Source: Botryllus schlosseri
Taxonomy: Eukaryota
DNA length: 64,000 nucleotides
NCBI GenBank assembly: GCA_051294905.1
Contig: CM119371.1
Span: forward strand, 17,112,001-17,176,000
Direction: 5' to 3'
This document shows positions 1 to 11,512 of the stretch, one piece after another. How positions within the stretch are numbered: the first letter of the stretch is position 1; each line of letters starts with the position of its first letter. The notes beneath the pieces are model-generated. The model worked only from the letters and a program-made list of their open reading frames with translations. It was not told the DNA's origin and did not search any database. The position numbers and the translations under genes are program-made.

Positions 1-590
1 CATCCAATATTCCAGTTCAGTACGGATATAGCTACAGCACGTTTTACTGCCATAGTTCATAAGTACCTTTTCTTCAGGCACCTTGGCCCTATGGTCGCAA
101 CGAATGACTCATTTTGGGTTTTGGTGAATCCACCAATGCATCTTTCCATTTCAAAGATTCTTCTAAAACTCTAAATTTCCTTGATCGATTCATTCTAGGC
201 ATATTGATAGCTAGAAATGAAAACCAATCCAAAACAGTTATCAAAAAATAATACATACTACCCAATATTGTCAGTCAGCAGTCAATGAATAAAAAAAGAT
301 GAAATAGGACAACACACAACCCCCATCTGGACAAACAATAAATACTACCCAATATTGTCAGTTATCAGTCAACAAATCAAAAAAGAAATGAAAAAACAGC
401 CTCAACTCGCCTGCTTACTGAATCTGGGAAGCAGCCAAGTTTATGAAGGCAGACTGGCTAGAACTATACTAGAACACTCATTTCGAGCTCTACAGCATAG
501 ATTTCACCAGATGGCGCTATTTCCCCCAGCAAAGGCGAATGTTGGATTAGAATGAACACGACTGCAGCAAAAATTGGGCTGTAATTCTTT
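1..590 (-). pseudogene. Degenerate Mutator-like (MULE/Phantom-type) transposase fragment
   Basis: The minus strand of 1-175 reads MERCIGGFTKTQNESFVATIGPRCLKKRYL*TMAVKRAVAISVLNWNIG. This resembles the CLxGxTQNxNESxNxxIWxxxPK...AVxxAVxxFNxG segment I recall from Mutator-like transposases. At about 480-590, frameshifted pieces resemble the upstream NPxHxxCxxGxxSWC motif. Multiple stops. Confidence 0.5.
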
Positions 591-984
591 TTTTTTATAA
601 AATGGTCCCCAAAAGAAACTAGTTTTGGATAAGAAGGAGTTGGAATATCATAAAAATAATGACATATTTGGAAAGAGCGTGAAATTTCCGTTCTAGATCG
701 ATGAAGAAAAAAAAAACACAAAAAATTATTTCTAAAGAGAAGTGCCCCCTTAACACTAAACGAGCATGCACCTTGACAATCTCAAATTTTTTTCGTGCTT
801 CGTTACAAAAGCTTTCTCGAAATATCCAGCTTTTCGCTTGTGAAGAGGCCTGTTTAGTGACTCTGCTGTGAGCTTGACCCGTAATGACACAACTTCAACA
901 ACACTAATACGTGTAGTCGACGAATGATGCTCATTCAACCAATCAATTGAATTGATATCGTTGTCTGATGTAAAAATCTAGCAG

Positions 985-1532
985 GTGTACGCGATCAATC
1001 TTGACTTCATATGTTTATTGTATGATAAAAACAAAATCCGTGCGATTGGGGTGTTGGCTACTGCTGGATAACGTGTTAATGGGTAATATCGGAAGTAAGT
1101 ATAGAAACCCGTTTTACACTCTGCTTAATATCAACATCGCAATACTCACATGCCGAATACATTGTCCGGTCTGGCCTGGACAGCTAAGGCGTAAGCTTAT
1201 ATCCACTTGCAAGTCCTCGTCGAAATTTTTAGCAAAGCGTCGAAAGATATTGATTTTATGGGATTATTATATCATTTGATTGCCCCGGTTGATACGTCTG
1301 GCGACGTTTAAACGTTATTATGGACTTCAGCATTGTGGCATTGTGTGGCCCAAGTACTCGCTAGATATCGTGTACATTAATATAAGCTGCCACTTCACTG
1401 AAATGTAGGGATGTCATTAGCAATGTGACGTCACGTGACGTCATGAGGTTCACGTTCGCGTTCACACAGAACCTTTCAAAAAGGTTCGCGTTCACACGAA
1501 CCTGAACCTTTCAGAGGTTCACACCATCCCTA
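985..1532 (+). mobile_element. Partial copy (right part) of the TAGGGATGG-terminated hAT MITE family
   Basis: Collinear with about 53630-54202. Ends in CACCATCCCTA after GTTCACGTTCGCGTTCAC subterminal repeats. Left end not seen. Confidence 0.7.
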
Positions 1533-3312
1533 ATGTTTATAATGTGGCTGTGAGTGACTGATACATTTACAGTTGTATTCTTGCACATGGTGATCCCGGA
1601 AATTGATGAAAAATCTCGGGTAGGGTTGAGGAGTGTAGGATATGTGATCCAACGAAATGACTATCAGTCTTAGGCAGTTTTGAGGAGTTCTAAGGGAGTG
1701 TGGGACATGAAAATGATGTCCTGAACTGAAAATATGGGCGTTTACAAGCAAAAGCACTAATAGAATGCAATTTTCTACGCGATTTCGGTATATATTGATT
1801 GCTGTGCTACTGTACGTCTATAAATGGTAAACAGACATGGGTTGATTACTTCATGAATGTAATCGATTGCGATTACGATTACTTCTGAACCACGCGATTA
1901 CGATTACAGCAAAATCCTCAAGTAGTCACGATTACATTTATTTTGCTTATTAAATGTTATCTTAGGAAGACAGCAATGCGATGAAAAGGCCTCATGAGAG
2001 AAGGTCTTTCTTTTTAAATGAGATGTCATAGCGTCATTTCCTGTATATGACATATTATACCCTTGCATGATTGACAGAAATCTTCATTTCGGTGCCGGTC
2101 AATACCGCGCCGCGACACACCAAGACATGCTACCTTGGCCGAAACATTGTGCATTTTTCCGTTGTCCATAGCCGCGCTGGATGGTCGCGACGAATACACT
2201 GTAAATATTTTTGTGTCTTCAAAAGCATAAAAGATATCGCGTTTCATGTTCAAAAAGATATCACAATAAAATGTGCTTGATGCTGTGCATAATATGATTT
2301 ATGAATTATGTGCTATATATATTTAGTGCTTTATGATTTAGGCGCTATCTGGGCTGCGCTACGGCTTGATATGGATTACTAAATAATCTGGCGTACATGT
2401 CAGCAGCTGTGCTGTCCTCGAAATGATACTAGAATAGCCTGGCGTACTCAACGACTTACCATGTTCGAAACCAGCATTATATGAACATCTTATTATAAAC
2501 GAAACAAGTGATGCGCATGCTTTTAGGCAATCAGGTTCTCAAAAAATGCACTCAAGACATTGAACGAAATATATAAATCTTGCAAATATACCTGAATGTA
2601 CAGCATAGAGGCCAAGATCAAAGTACAAACTTGTAAACTAAAGGGGTAAGCAGCACTGAAATATTTGACAATACTTCCACTATATATGCCATGTCAAGTC
2701 GAGCCAGACGTAGAACTTCATCAAGCAAGAGGTGCAAAAAGTTATAGTACTTACTGATATTTAGATGTCATGGTAAAAGTGGGAACACGTATAACCAAAA
2801 GATAAGGGACACCGAACTATCAAGTTGCTGGGATACTTTTAATAATGGCTTGTACAAGTCAGCAGTAGTACTTCGATAAGTACGGGGTGGTGCAAAGTCG
2901 AAAGCAGTATTGACTGCCTTCACAGTTAGATGCCAAGCTAAAAGTAGGAACTTGCATAACGAAAAGATAAGCGACACTAAACTATTCAAAGGCATTACTG
3001 GAATATTTGCAACATCATATTACTTACTCATTATATGACAAGACAAGAGTAGAATTGCCAACTTCAAATACGAAAGGACCAACGACTGATTGTAAAACCT
3101 AATGCATGCTAACAAAGGTCTTCTGCTACAGCAGACTGTTCGAATTTGTGAAAAAAAAATTAGACAGTGGTGGATACATTCTGATTATTCGTATCGCCGA
3201 CTACGACATACTGCACGAACTCCACGAGCTGGAATTCTTTGGGCTAAGACAGGTCCCAATATAGATATATCGACTTTCAATTAAATAAAAGGGCAAAAGA
3301 ACATAAAGATAA

Positions 3313-3815
3313 TCAGTTCTGGGCCCTTGTTAAGCGCCTCCAGCGTGGGCGGTCGTGGGTGTCTTCGAGCGATAACCCGCGTTGCGCTAGCTCGGTCTCT
3401 ATTGTCGAGGGCCATGTGGTTCTATTCCAGCCACCTCTGCGCCATGGCTCCATCGAAATGTGGTTGATGATGGCGGTAACTGGTTGATCGTCTTGATGGC
3501 GCACTAGATGACCGATTAAGCGGAAGCGTCGTTCAGCAGCCAGCAAACGGCACGGGACCGTTTTTGTGAGTTTGCGCAGTGCATTGGTGGATGTGTGCTC
3601 CGGGTGGTGGATGCCGAGTGCGTAGCGGAGGAGTACATCGTAGTTCGCGTTGAGCGTCTTAGCCAGCTTTTCTGTCAGCGTGAGTGATTCTATTCCGTAA
3701 AGAAGAACCTGCTCGACAGTGGCACGGAAAATGCGGGTCTTGAGCTGAGGTGAGGCACTTGAGTGGAAGAGGCAATGTAGCCGTCTTGCCGCGCCCCAGG
3801 CCTTTGCTCGTTTGG
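3313..3815 (-). mobile_element. 5'-truncated RTE-like non-LTR retrotransposon fragment (region C-terminal to RT)
   Basis: KRAKAWGAARRLHCLF...LKTRIFRATVEQVLLYGIESLTLT...RRFRLIGHLVRH matches the post-RT region typical of RTE/RTEX LINEs. GC content is visibly higher than the flanks. It interrupts the last exon of the SAM-gene pseudogene. Confidence 0.8.
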
Positions 3816-4780
3816 CCATCAGCCAGAATCTATCCCTGTATCTTTCCATTTCCATGCTTTGAAACCACCAAATGTGGAGTTTCGGATGTTTTGCTGTTGA
3901 TGTGAATGTCATGGGCCTGAAATGTAGGTAAATTTTTTACTGTAACTGCTCCAGACCATTTCGAGGGCCACGGGTTTACCGTCCCTGGTCTGCACAATCA
4001 TCGGTGTTAACAGAAGGTGCTACAAAACTCATTGACATTACAACAATAATGCTCACAATAAAAACCTTCTCAACTTCATCATAGTTATGAAGCTTATTTT
4101 CGCATTATTTTCAAATCATACATTCGTTATAAACTGAAAGATATATTAATCTTATAAACAAGTACCTGTTGTACTGATAACGCAGATATTGCCGTCTTCT
4201 TTTTCGAGTTTATTCTCAGATCGGTAACTTGTGATTGTAATTGTTGCAGCTTCACTTCATCAGTATTGGACTGAAAACATTGAATAATTGAGGGGTTATT
4301 ATCAATCAAATTCAATTCAGAATGGAATTGTGAGTCCGCATTTACCTCAAATATCTTATCCAATATGAGCATCATTCTTTCGTAGTTTGTTCTGATCTCA
4401 TTAACCGTGGTTGGTGCGATCAAATTCCAGTTATCTTCCCTTACCTGTAAGAGAATGTATGTGTCTGAAAGAATGATTAAAATATGATCAGATCTATGAA
4501 TATATTCATACAACGGGGTTGTAATGACTCGAATCATGACTCGATTCGAGTCGGACTCGAGTCACGATTTTCTGATGACTAGACTTGACTCGAGTCAATA
4601 TGTGTATCGACTCGACTTGGACTTGAGTCGTTACGCATGACTCGAACCAAGTCATATGACTCGAGACTCAGACGGCCAAGAGCGACGTTTCCATGTAATC
4701 TCTAGAGTAGTAAAGTATAACCACCCTATTGGGAGTTCATCTATTGGTACTGGTACTTGAAAATGTAACCAGATAGATAC

Positions 4781-6697
4781 CAGTGTTGGGATCAAGTCAC
4801 TACCTTCGAGTCACGAATCATTGCACATTTTGACTCGAGTCAAGTCAAGTCAATCGATTTTCAAAGGTGACTCGAGTTAAGTCAAGGCACTTGATTTTTG
4901 GCGGTGCCTCGACTCAAGTCACATTTCAAGTCAAGTCGCCTTTTCGAAGTATGAGGCATGATTAAATCATAGCATTTTGCTAGCTGTCTGAAATACAGAT
5001 TGAGTGGTCATTGATTCTGAACCGATGAACGAATATCAAGTTAAATATGCACGCAAGAAGGCGCTGTATCGCTCGCATATACGCAAAACTGTTAAACCTT
5101 GCAAGTAATTGCATAGCCTAGTTACCAGCCAAAATAAAGAATAGAGAAACGAATTGCTAGCTGTCTGAAATACTGATTGCGTGATCATTAGGGTAAGTTT
5201 TTTGCACTGAAATCGCGAGAAAATTGATCTAAATTTTGACAAAAGTTGCAGTAAAAAGTTGCATTTATAATTTTGGATGAATTAATAGGGTATGAGATAC
5301 TTGAATGGTTCCGTTATACAACCTAGTTTCTGCCGAACTGTCAAGTTTATTACTTTGCCATTTAACGGGCATTTGGGCAAGCCAAAAATTCTGGTGAGAC
5401 CGGGAAAAATTACATTTTATCCAGGGACGCAGCAAGAAAATTGCGCAATGCGGGAATATTTTCCCCCAAAAAGCGAAAGAGCATAGCGATAACCCTCCGT
5501 CTAAAAGAAGTCAAATACCACACCCTAAATCCCTTAGGTCTGCAAACTTGACCCAAGGCGTTGCCACACTCTTAGCGACTTCAACAAAATCAATAGCCTG
5601 TATAAGGCGACTCGGTGAAAGTGAAATTTTCGGCGGTAAACTATCTCAAATTTAGGCAACATGAATTAATGAGGCGATCAATTTACATAATGTTGGACGC
5701 GGTCGTGCTTGGCAGGGGTAGCTAAACTTCTTGCTTGCAAGCCATTGTGTCATAGATAACATTGAGATGCAGATAAACCATTATATAGCACTTTGTTGTG
5801 TGAACCAAAGAGAATAGAACCATACTAGAAATTGTTTATAGCATTTGTAAAGCATTTTTAAAGCACTCCTTTCCATTTTTCTCATTATTTGATCAAAGCT
5901 GCAGTGAAAATTGGTATGAAAACGAGAGAAAAGTTGCAATATAAAATCCCCCCAAACATTATCTAGGAAGCTGTCGGAATCTATAAAAAAAACTTGCACT
6001 AGTGATCATTGATTCCGAACAGATGAACGAATATATAGAGTTGAATATACCGGCAAGAAGGCGCTGCATCGCTCACATAAACGTACAACTGTTGAACTAC
6101 GTAGATAATTGCATAGCCTCAGTTTATATAGTTAACAGCCAAAATAGAGAAACGAATTGATAAGATGCAATACATTACCCATTTACAAATTGATATCATA
6201 CAATTCGAGCCTGCGCCAACGGTTGAGGACGATATAAACTATATTCGAATTCAATTTCAATAAAACAAGAGGTTTGGTTAAGGTTAAGAACAGAGAACGG
6301 AAATAGACATTTGCTATTAAATTACTTTACTATACTAGCTTACGACAACGTAAGCTGTAAGCTTCGATCACTTCGTTTGCGATCAATTTATTTGTGAGAG
6401 AACAATGGAGGCTCAGTAGAACGCACGGTCATTGACCGATTGGTCGCTGTCACGGTTTACACCAGCGTTTCGTGAACAATCCGAACGTATGCAAGATACA
6501 GGGATTTTTATCGACACCGATTACTTGATGACTTGAAATTGACTCGTGAATTTTGCTCCGAGTCACAAGTCAATCCACATTTCTGATGCGCCGAGTCAAG
6601 TCAAGTCAAGTCATTTTAGCGAAGTGACTCGAGTCAAGTCAAGTCGCACGAAAAAGGTGACTCGAGTCAAGTCATGACTCGAGCCATCCCAACACTG
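4781..6697 (+). mobile_element. Non-autonomous hAT element, CAGTGTTGGGAT termini, GACTCGAGTC-rich subterminal arrays
   Basis: TIR CAGTGTTGGGAT...ATCCCAACACTG. Flanks atagatac/acacatac (6/8, eroded TSD). The interior is homologous to 62802-63801 but carries about 0.9 kb extra, including an internal duplication (about 4980-5170 vs 6000-6160). Confidence 0.8.
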
Positions 6698-8944
6698 ACA
6701 CATACAGTTAAGAAACAGCCTTGGCACATAATCTCTATAACAAAGCAATAAGAAGTTGTCATAATTGCATGCATACTCACTAGTTTGATGTCACCCACGG
6801 TAGGGAACGTTCTAAGAAATCTCTTTCTTCGTTAGCTGAGAACGCCGGAGTCCGTATTGATGCTTGAATAGAGACGCCTTTGTGCCAATTGCGGTCTACA
6901 TAAGCTGTACGAGTGTACGTGACTTGAGCGCTTGTTGAACTTTGAAGCTGAATACCGGCAAAGGCATCGGAGAAATGAGTTCGGGGTCTTTGGGACTGCA
7001 TGACGGCTGCAATATTGATGGAAATATAAGATAGAATCTTACTAGAATTATGCGGATAAACACCATAACATCCACATGGAGATCTACATTGGTTGCTCCG
7101 GCATCTCCCCGAGATGGGAGCTGCAGACGCAGACAGTTTAGCTCAATTCATAGCAAAATGTTACAAAATAATGATTACCGGCATTTGCGTGGCTGAAGGT
7201 CCTATATTCTTCCGAACTGATGGCTCTATGGCTAGGGGGGTATCTCACTGCGCGAGTGATTCTACATCAATACGGAGCGACTCATCCACAGGCAAGGTGG
7301 TGTCCGACTCTGCGAGTGACGCTGATTCACCGCACGAATTGTTTGGGTCTGCGACTGAGGATGATTCATGGCGTGTATTGTCTGGACTAGCTAGCTTCTC
7401 CCATGACTGTAACAACAAGATTTAGTTGCATGAACAGAGCTTTCATAGTTAATTAGCTCATACTTCTTGCAGTCTCAACAGACGCCAGACGGTACGTCAT
7501 TTGTTACGTCATTTGCCAAAGGTCTTTATCACGAAGCTTGGTGAAAATATCCGAATCTATGTCATTCTCCAATACATGAAATAATTTTGAACATAACATT
7601 AATTGACAGAGCTTGCATGTATAAATCTGACTTGACGTTTCAGCAAATGTTTTGTAAGCCGATCTGAACTCCCAACAAAGGGGCGCAACCAATAACAAGA
7701 CTGTCCGTTAGACATTTATCAAAAGTACACGCTAATAATAACCCAAGCTGCAAAATAACCATTCTAATAGATCACAATTGGCACCATGCACAGCATTCAA
7801 CCAACTCCACACAAGATGTACTGATCAGTGGCGGCTCGTCCTATAGGGCAACTGGGGCATTGCCCCACCTAAAATTCTGTTCAATAACAATTTAACCATT
7901 TATAGACGCACAGCGCTCAATATATATCGAGATCACAGCGAAACCCGCGTTCTTCTTGTGCTTTCGCTTGCAAATGCCCATACATAGCGAAGTCTCCGCG
8001 AAAATCGAATTCTCTTCTGTGTTTTCGCTTTGTGAATGCCTAGCCGGGGCTTGCCCCGGTAGCGCTCATAACAAGCTTTCACTATCTATTCTCTCAAAGC
8101 TGCGCACAATTAAGAAACGTTGCTTTACTCTCTCCTATTCGTAAAATGGCCGAGCAACCGGGGCAAATATGCTTGCTCGCCCCTAAGGTGTGATGTAACA
8201 ATCGTATCTATATCTGAACTCGGATACCGTGATATGCGTTGAGTCGACCGTTGCTGGTACAGGTCGATTTTGATGGTGTTTCACACCATGATAATTCTTG
8301 AAACTTGGTATGTCATGTCGTGATGGTGGTATTTAACACTGTCCTAAGTTTCAGGGTTTCTACTCAAAGTTTAGGGTAGTAATTCCGTTTCCAAAGTCGA
8401 GTGTGTGCTGATCGGTCATGTATCGCAAACATATTTCACGCAAAGCCGGTATTGGTCTCCATTGATTTTAACGATGCTCCTCAGCTAGATCCGTCATGAA
8501 CTTTTACATGGTATGTCTTGATTTTAGTATCGAACGCTGTGCCAAGTCTCAAGGTTGACACTCAATGATTATGGTAGCAATTTCGTTATTAAGTTCGAGT
8601 ATGGTAGAGATGTGCGCTGATCTGACACTTAGCCTACCTAACGCATTGCGGATTTCACGCAAAAGCCGGTGTATCTGTGTTCCATACTGAGATAGGTGAT
8701 GAGATGATGATATCATGAAACAGTTTACTAACATCCTCGGTTTGCATTCAAATATTTAGTTTTATTTTATATTCTCCAATGTCAATTTCACAGTGGAATG
8801 GTGGCCTTCGGGCCATTTGCTCACAATTACAACCCCTGTCAAGCGCGATAGCTGTTTCGTTTTCGATGGCGGCTAACAGCTGATCGCTTGATCAGCCGAT
8901 TCCTCAGTAAATATTACGCAAAATTCGGCGTTGATCTGCTCGTA

Positions 8945-9200
8945 TTAATTTTGACAGTGTACCATACCGAAAACGGTCATGAGGCTATACTTCTCGATGA
9001 TTTCATGTAACAGTGTACCAAGTTTTCGGCTTTCATCCACGTATTTATTCGGTAATATATTTTCCGAAGGCGATTTTGCAGCAGACATATAGACACTATA
9101 GACCGTAAGCCGTATGTGTCGTGTGACAGTCTCCAGCCTCAAGGCCAGAATCTCCCAAGCTGTACCGGGACCGAATTTCCGAGGCTGCTATCCGTAGTTC
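8945..9200 (-). pseudogene. Possible LINE apurinic-endonuclease domain remnant
   Basis: EILALRLETVTRHIRLTVYSVY...KLGTLLHEIIEKYSL resembles APE-domain strands from memory. Short and degenerate. Confidence 0.35.
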
Positions 9201-9365
9201 TTCAGAATGATGTTTTGGATTCAATATGACATTTCCTTGTCCAATCTATGAGATAACAATTGCGTATGTGTCCGAACTCGTTGACCTTTCCAGTTAGGCA
9301 TACGCAATCTCTCGATTTATAGTCATTTCCATTTCTGCAGATAAGTAGTCAGGTCAAGTGCGAAC

Positions 9366-9570
9366 ATGAATCGTGTTGAATCTTTGCTCCGTACGCCGTT
9401 TAGCCAGCTGCCTTTAGAGCAAAAATTAGAGGTAAAGCGACTAGGTCCGTATCAGCCTAGAAATTGCCCATTGATCCAATCGTACGCCGGAGGAAAGCGC
9501 ACTCGTGCCTTTTCTTCAGCGCATTTCGATAAAAATGAATGGCTTACTTATGGCGAGGATAAAAACGATA
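9366..9570 (+). pseudogene. N-terminal fragment of a hAT (ZMYM1-like) transposase
   Basis: MNRVESLLRTPFSQLPLEQKLEVKRLGPYQP...RTRAFSSAHFDKNEWLTYGEDKN matches the PFS..LEEKL.IK.LGP.QP...R.F...W...WL...KN start of ZMYM1-like hAT transposases. Similarity breaks off before the zinc-finger cysteines. Confidence 0.7.
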
Positions 9571-9647
9571 TGTGCTCGCATTTCAATTTAACACAATGCT
9601 TTGATTCCTGCTTGAATGATGGCAGGCAGACTCGTAATTAATCTTCC

Positions 9648-10020
9648 ATGGATAACAGCTGGCTTTTTATAATGTTTTACGTTTATGGGTGCCACCGCTT
9701 TGATTGCCTATCCCCTGGTCGTAACGCATCAGGATCGTGTACCAAACACTGTCGGACGAGGGCAAATCGATTTGACTCGCTTTCGGGACGAGAATCCATA
9801 TACAAATCGGGTCGGAGGCGCTGCAGCACTTTACAGAATTGCTGAGCATGGAACGATTAAAACACAACAAGGTGTCATGCGAATGCTCTTTGTAGGCAGT
9901 TGGTCTGTGTATTTTTGGTATAGTCTTACTCGGCGCTTGCGTAATCTCTACCACGAAATCATAACGCATGCTACTAAGGATAACCTGATGATTGATTCGT
10001 GGCATGGGAACGATTCTTAG
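9648..10020 (+). other. Unidentified intronless ORF of about 124 aa with one apparent frameshift and two hydrophobic segments
   Basis: MDNSWLFIMFYV joins MGATALIAYPLVVTHQDRVPNT...MRMLFVGSWSVYFWYSL... if one T is removed from the run at about 9682-9684. Visibly more GC-rich than the flanks. No family recognised. Confidence 0.3.
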
Positions 10021-11512
10021 TTCGCGTACATTTTTTAAATAATCATTTGAATAAAAAACAATGAATAAAACATTTGTTACCGCACTTCAAGTCACGTCAC
10101 CGGCAAACCTCTCGCGGCACCTACGTTAAAAATCATTGTTTACGGGAAATTCATGTGGCCATCATGAACGTTGAAAAACGCTACTGTGACGTCATATTGA
10201 TAACAAGTCGCTTGCGGCCCTTGCCCCACCACCCGATATTGTCACGAGCCGCCACTGGTACTGATTATAACTGCACAAGCTGTCTCGATTAGCTAGTTAA
10301 CAGGGCACATTGCTGAAGATGTATTACTTATATAATTACCTTCCAATTTCTGGATGTGCTGCCATGCAATACCGTTACTCGCCAAGAAAGCTTTAAAATC
10401 CGCATGCCGATTGCTGATTCCCTGTCATCGTGGTCACGTCACATCGCAAAAGAGCGAGAAACGGCCGAAAAAAGAGGAAGTTTAAGAACAGCACTAAAGG
10501 TCACTCCCGGTCGTGGCGCTTTAGCACGATATTGTGCTGCCACAAGCGGCAGATTTGGCGATTGCGCTTTATCTCATTTAGAGTGTAGTATTCTCAATCT
10601 CAGCACCACAATACAAATGCCATCCGGTGCACCCACTGACGCAAATGATGAATCCCGTGTTGAAATTACAATTTCTGGGTGCGGCTCACGAAAGTTTCTG
10701 GTTTAGTTTTCTTATCGTCTTCTACGTTACAGCGACTCCAATATATATTTACTATATAGCAGAAAGGAGGTCACGAATCAACAACATACAATACAGTCAT
10801 GGTTGTAAATTACGTGCCTAAATATTCGTCTTGGCGTGACTTGACAGCAAATACACAGCGATTCCATATCGCATCAAATCGTGTTTTCCAGTTCGTGTGC
10901 AAAAGCCGGGTCGTTAAAGAGGGGTCTGGGGAACTTCGCCCGCCTGAAGTTTTATTGATCGCCTTATGTGGGGCCAAAGATCATCCCTTTTGAAAAGAGG
11001 GGTGGCGAAATGCTATATTGGTACTGATTCTATCTGCAATCCACGCTAACATGGTGTGTAAGCGGATGGCTATAGTGGCAGATACAAATGTTGAGTATAA
11101 CATTGCGAAATAGAATTTGTTTCCCGTTTCAAGTAGGGTCGGATAAGAATATGATGAGGTAAACATTGGCGTCTGCCTATAATCCACTTAATACAGATAT
11201 TACGAGCTGCTGTCATACAAGTAACGGAGAATAACGGCTCGGTTATGATTTTTATCAGCAGCCGTTGGTTTCTAATTCTTCGATGTAGAAATTATCATGT
11301 TTCATTTGACGAGTAAAAAATTTCAAATCTTTGCCCGGTGTATACGTAAATAGGCCTACCGCTCGCCAATCAGCAATGGTCAAACTGCATTTACCTAAAA
11401 CCATAACAAAACATCAATGCATAGTAGGCGTACACACGTTACTATTAGAAACTAGGCCGAGTGGTGATTATTATCCTGTTGCGAGGTAGTGGCGTCTGCA
11501 GCGTGTTGATAA

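Larger units (their letters stand above)
3160..7750 (-). pseudogene. Decayed, internally deleted EnSpm/CACTA-type element: transposase stub plus SAM-domain gene pseudogene
   Basis: ATG at 7715 gives MSNGQSCYWLRPFVGSSDRLTKHLLKR, versus MSNKECWLCPFVGSADSLSSHLLRR at 60424. About 7570-7464 gives ENDIDSDIFTKLRDKDL...TVWRLLRLQE (SAM). Further exons: 7406-7179 (SWEKL..., in-frame TGA), 7006-6781 (MPLPVFSFKVQQALKS...FLRTFPTVGDIKL), 4444-4166 (...LDKIFEVNAD...DEVKLQQLQSQVTDLRI), and 3916 down to about 3160 (...YLYWDLS*PKEFQLVEFVQYVVVGD). Most align with exons of the 54.9-60.8 kb gene. GT/AG ends are seen except at the SAM-exon acceptor, which is degenerate. Confidence 0.75.

Noticed and set aside
7245-7247. 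In-frame TGA as selenocysteine or readthrough
   Set aside because: It aligns with a Ser codon in the adjacent peptide repeat (SLAESDT vs SLAQ*DT), and the same gene copy has other stops and frameshifts; it is a nonsense mutation.
7093-7425. 110-aa + strand ORF
   Set aside because: It is the antisense shadow of the minus-strand pseudo-exon 7406-7179.
10356-10706. 116-aa ORF as the N-terminal effector exon of the NLR gene
   Set aside because: No death-fold pattern recognised and no phase-1 donor I could justify; left unassigned.
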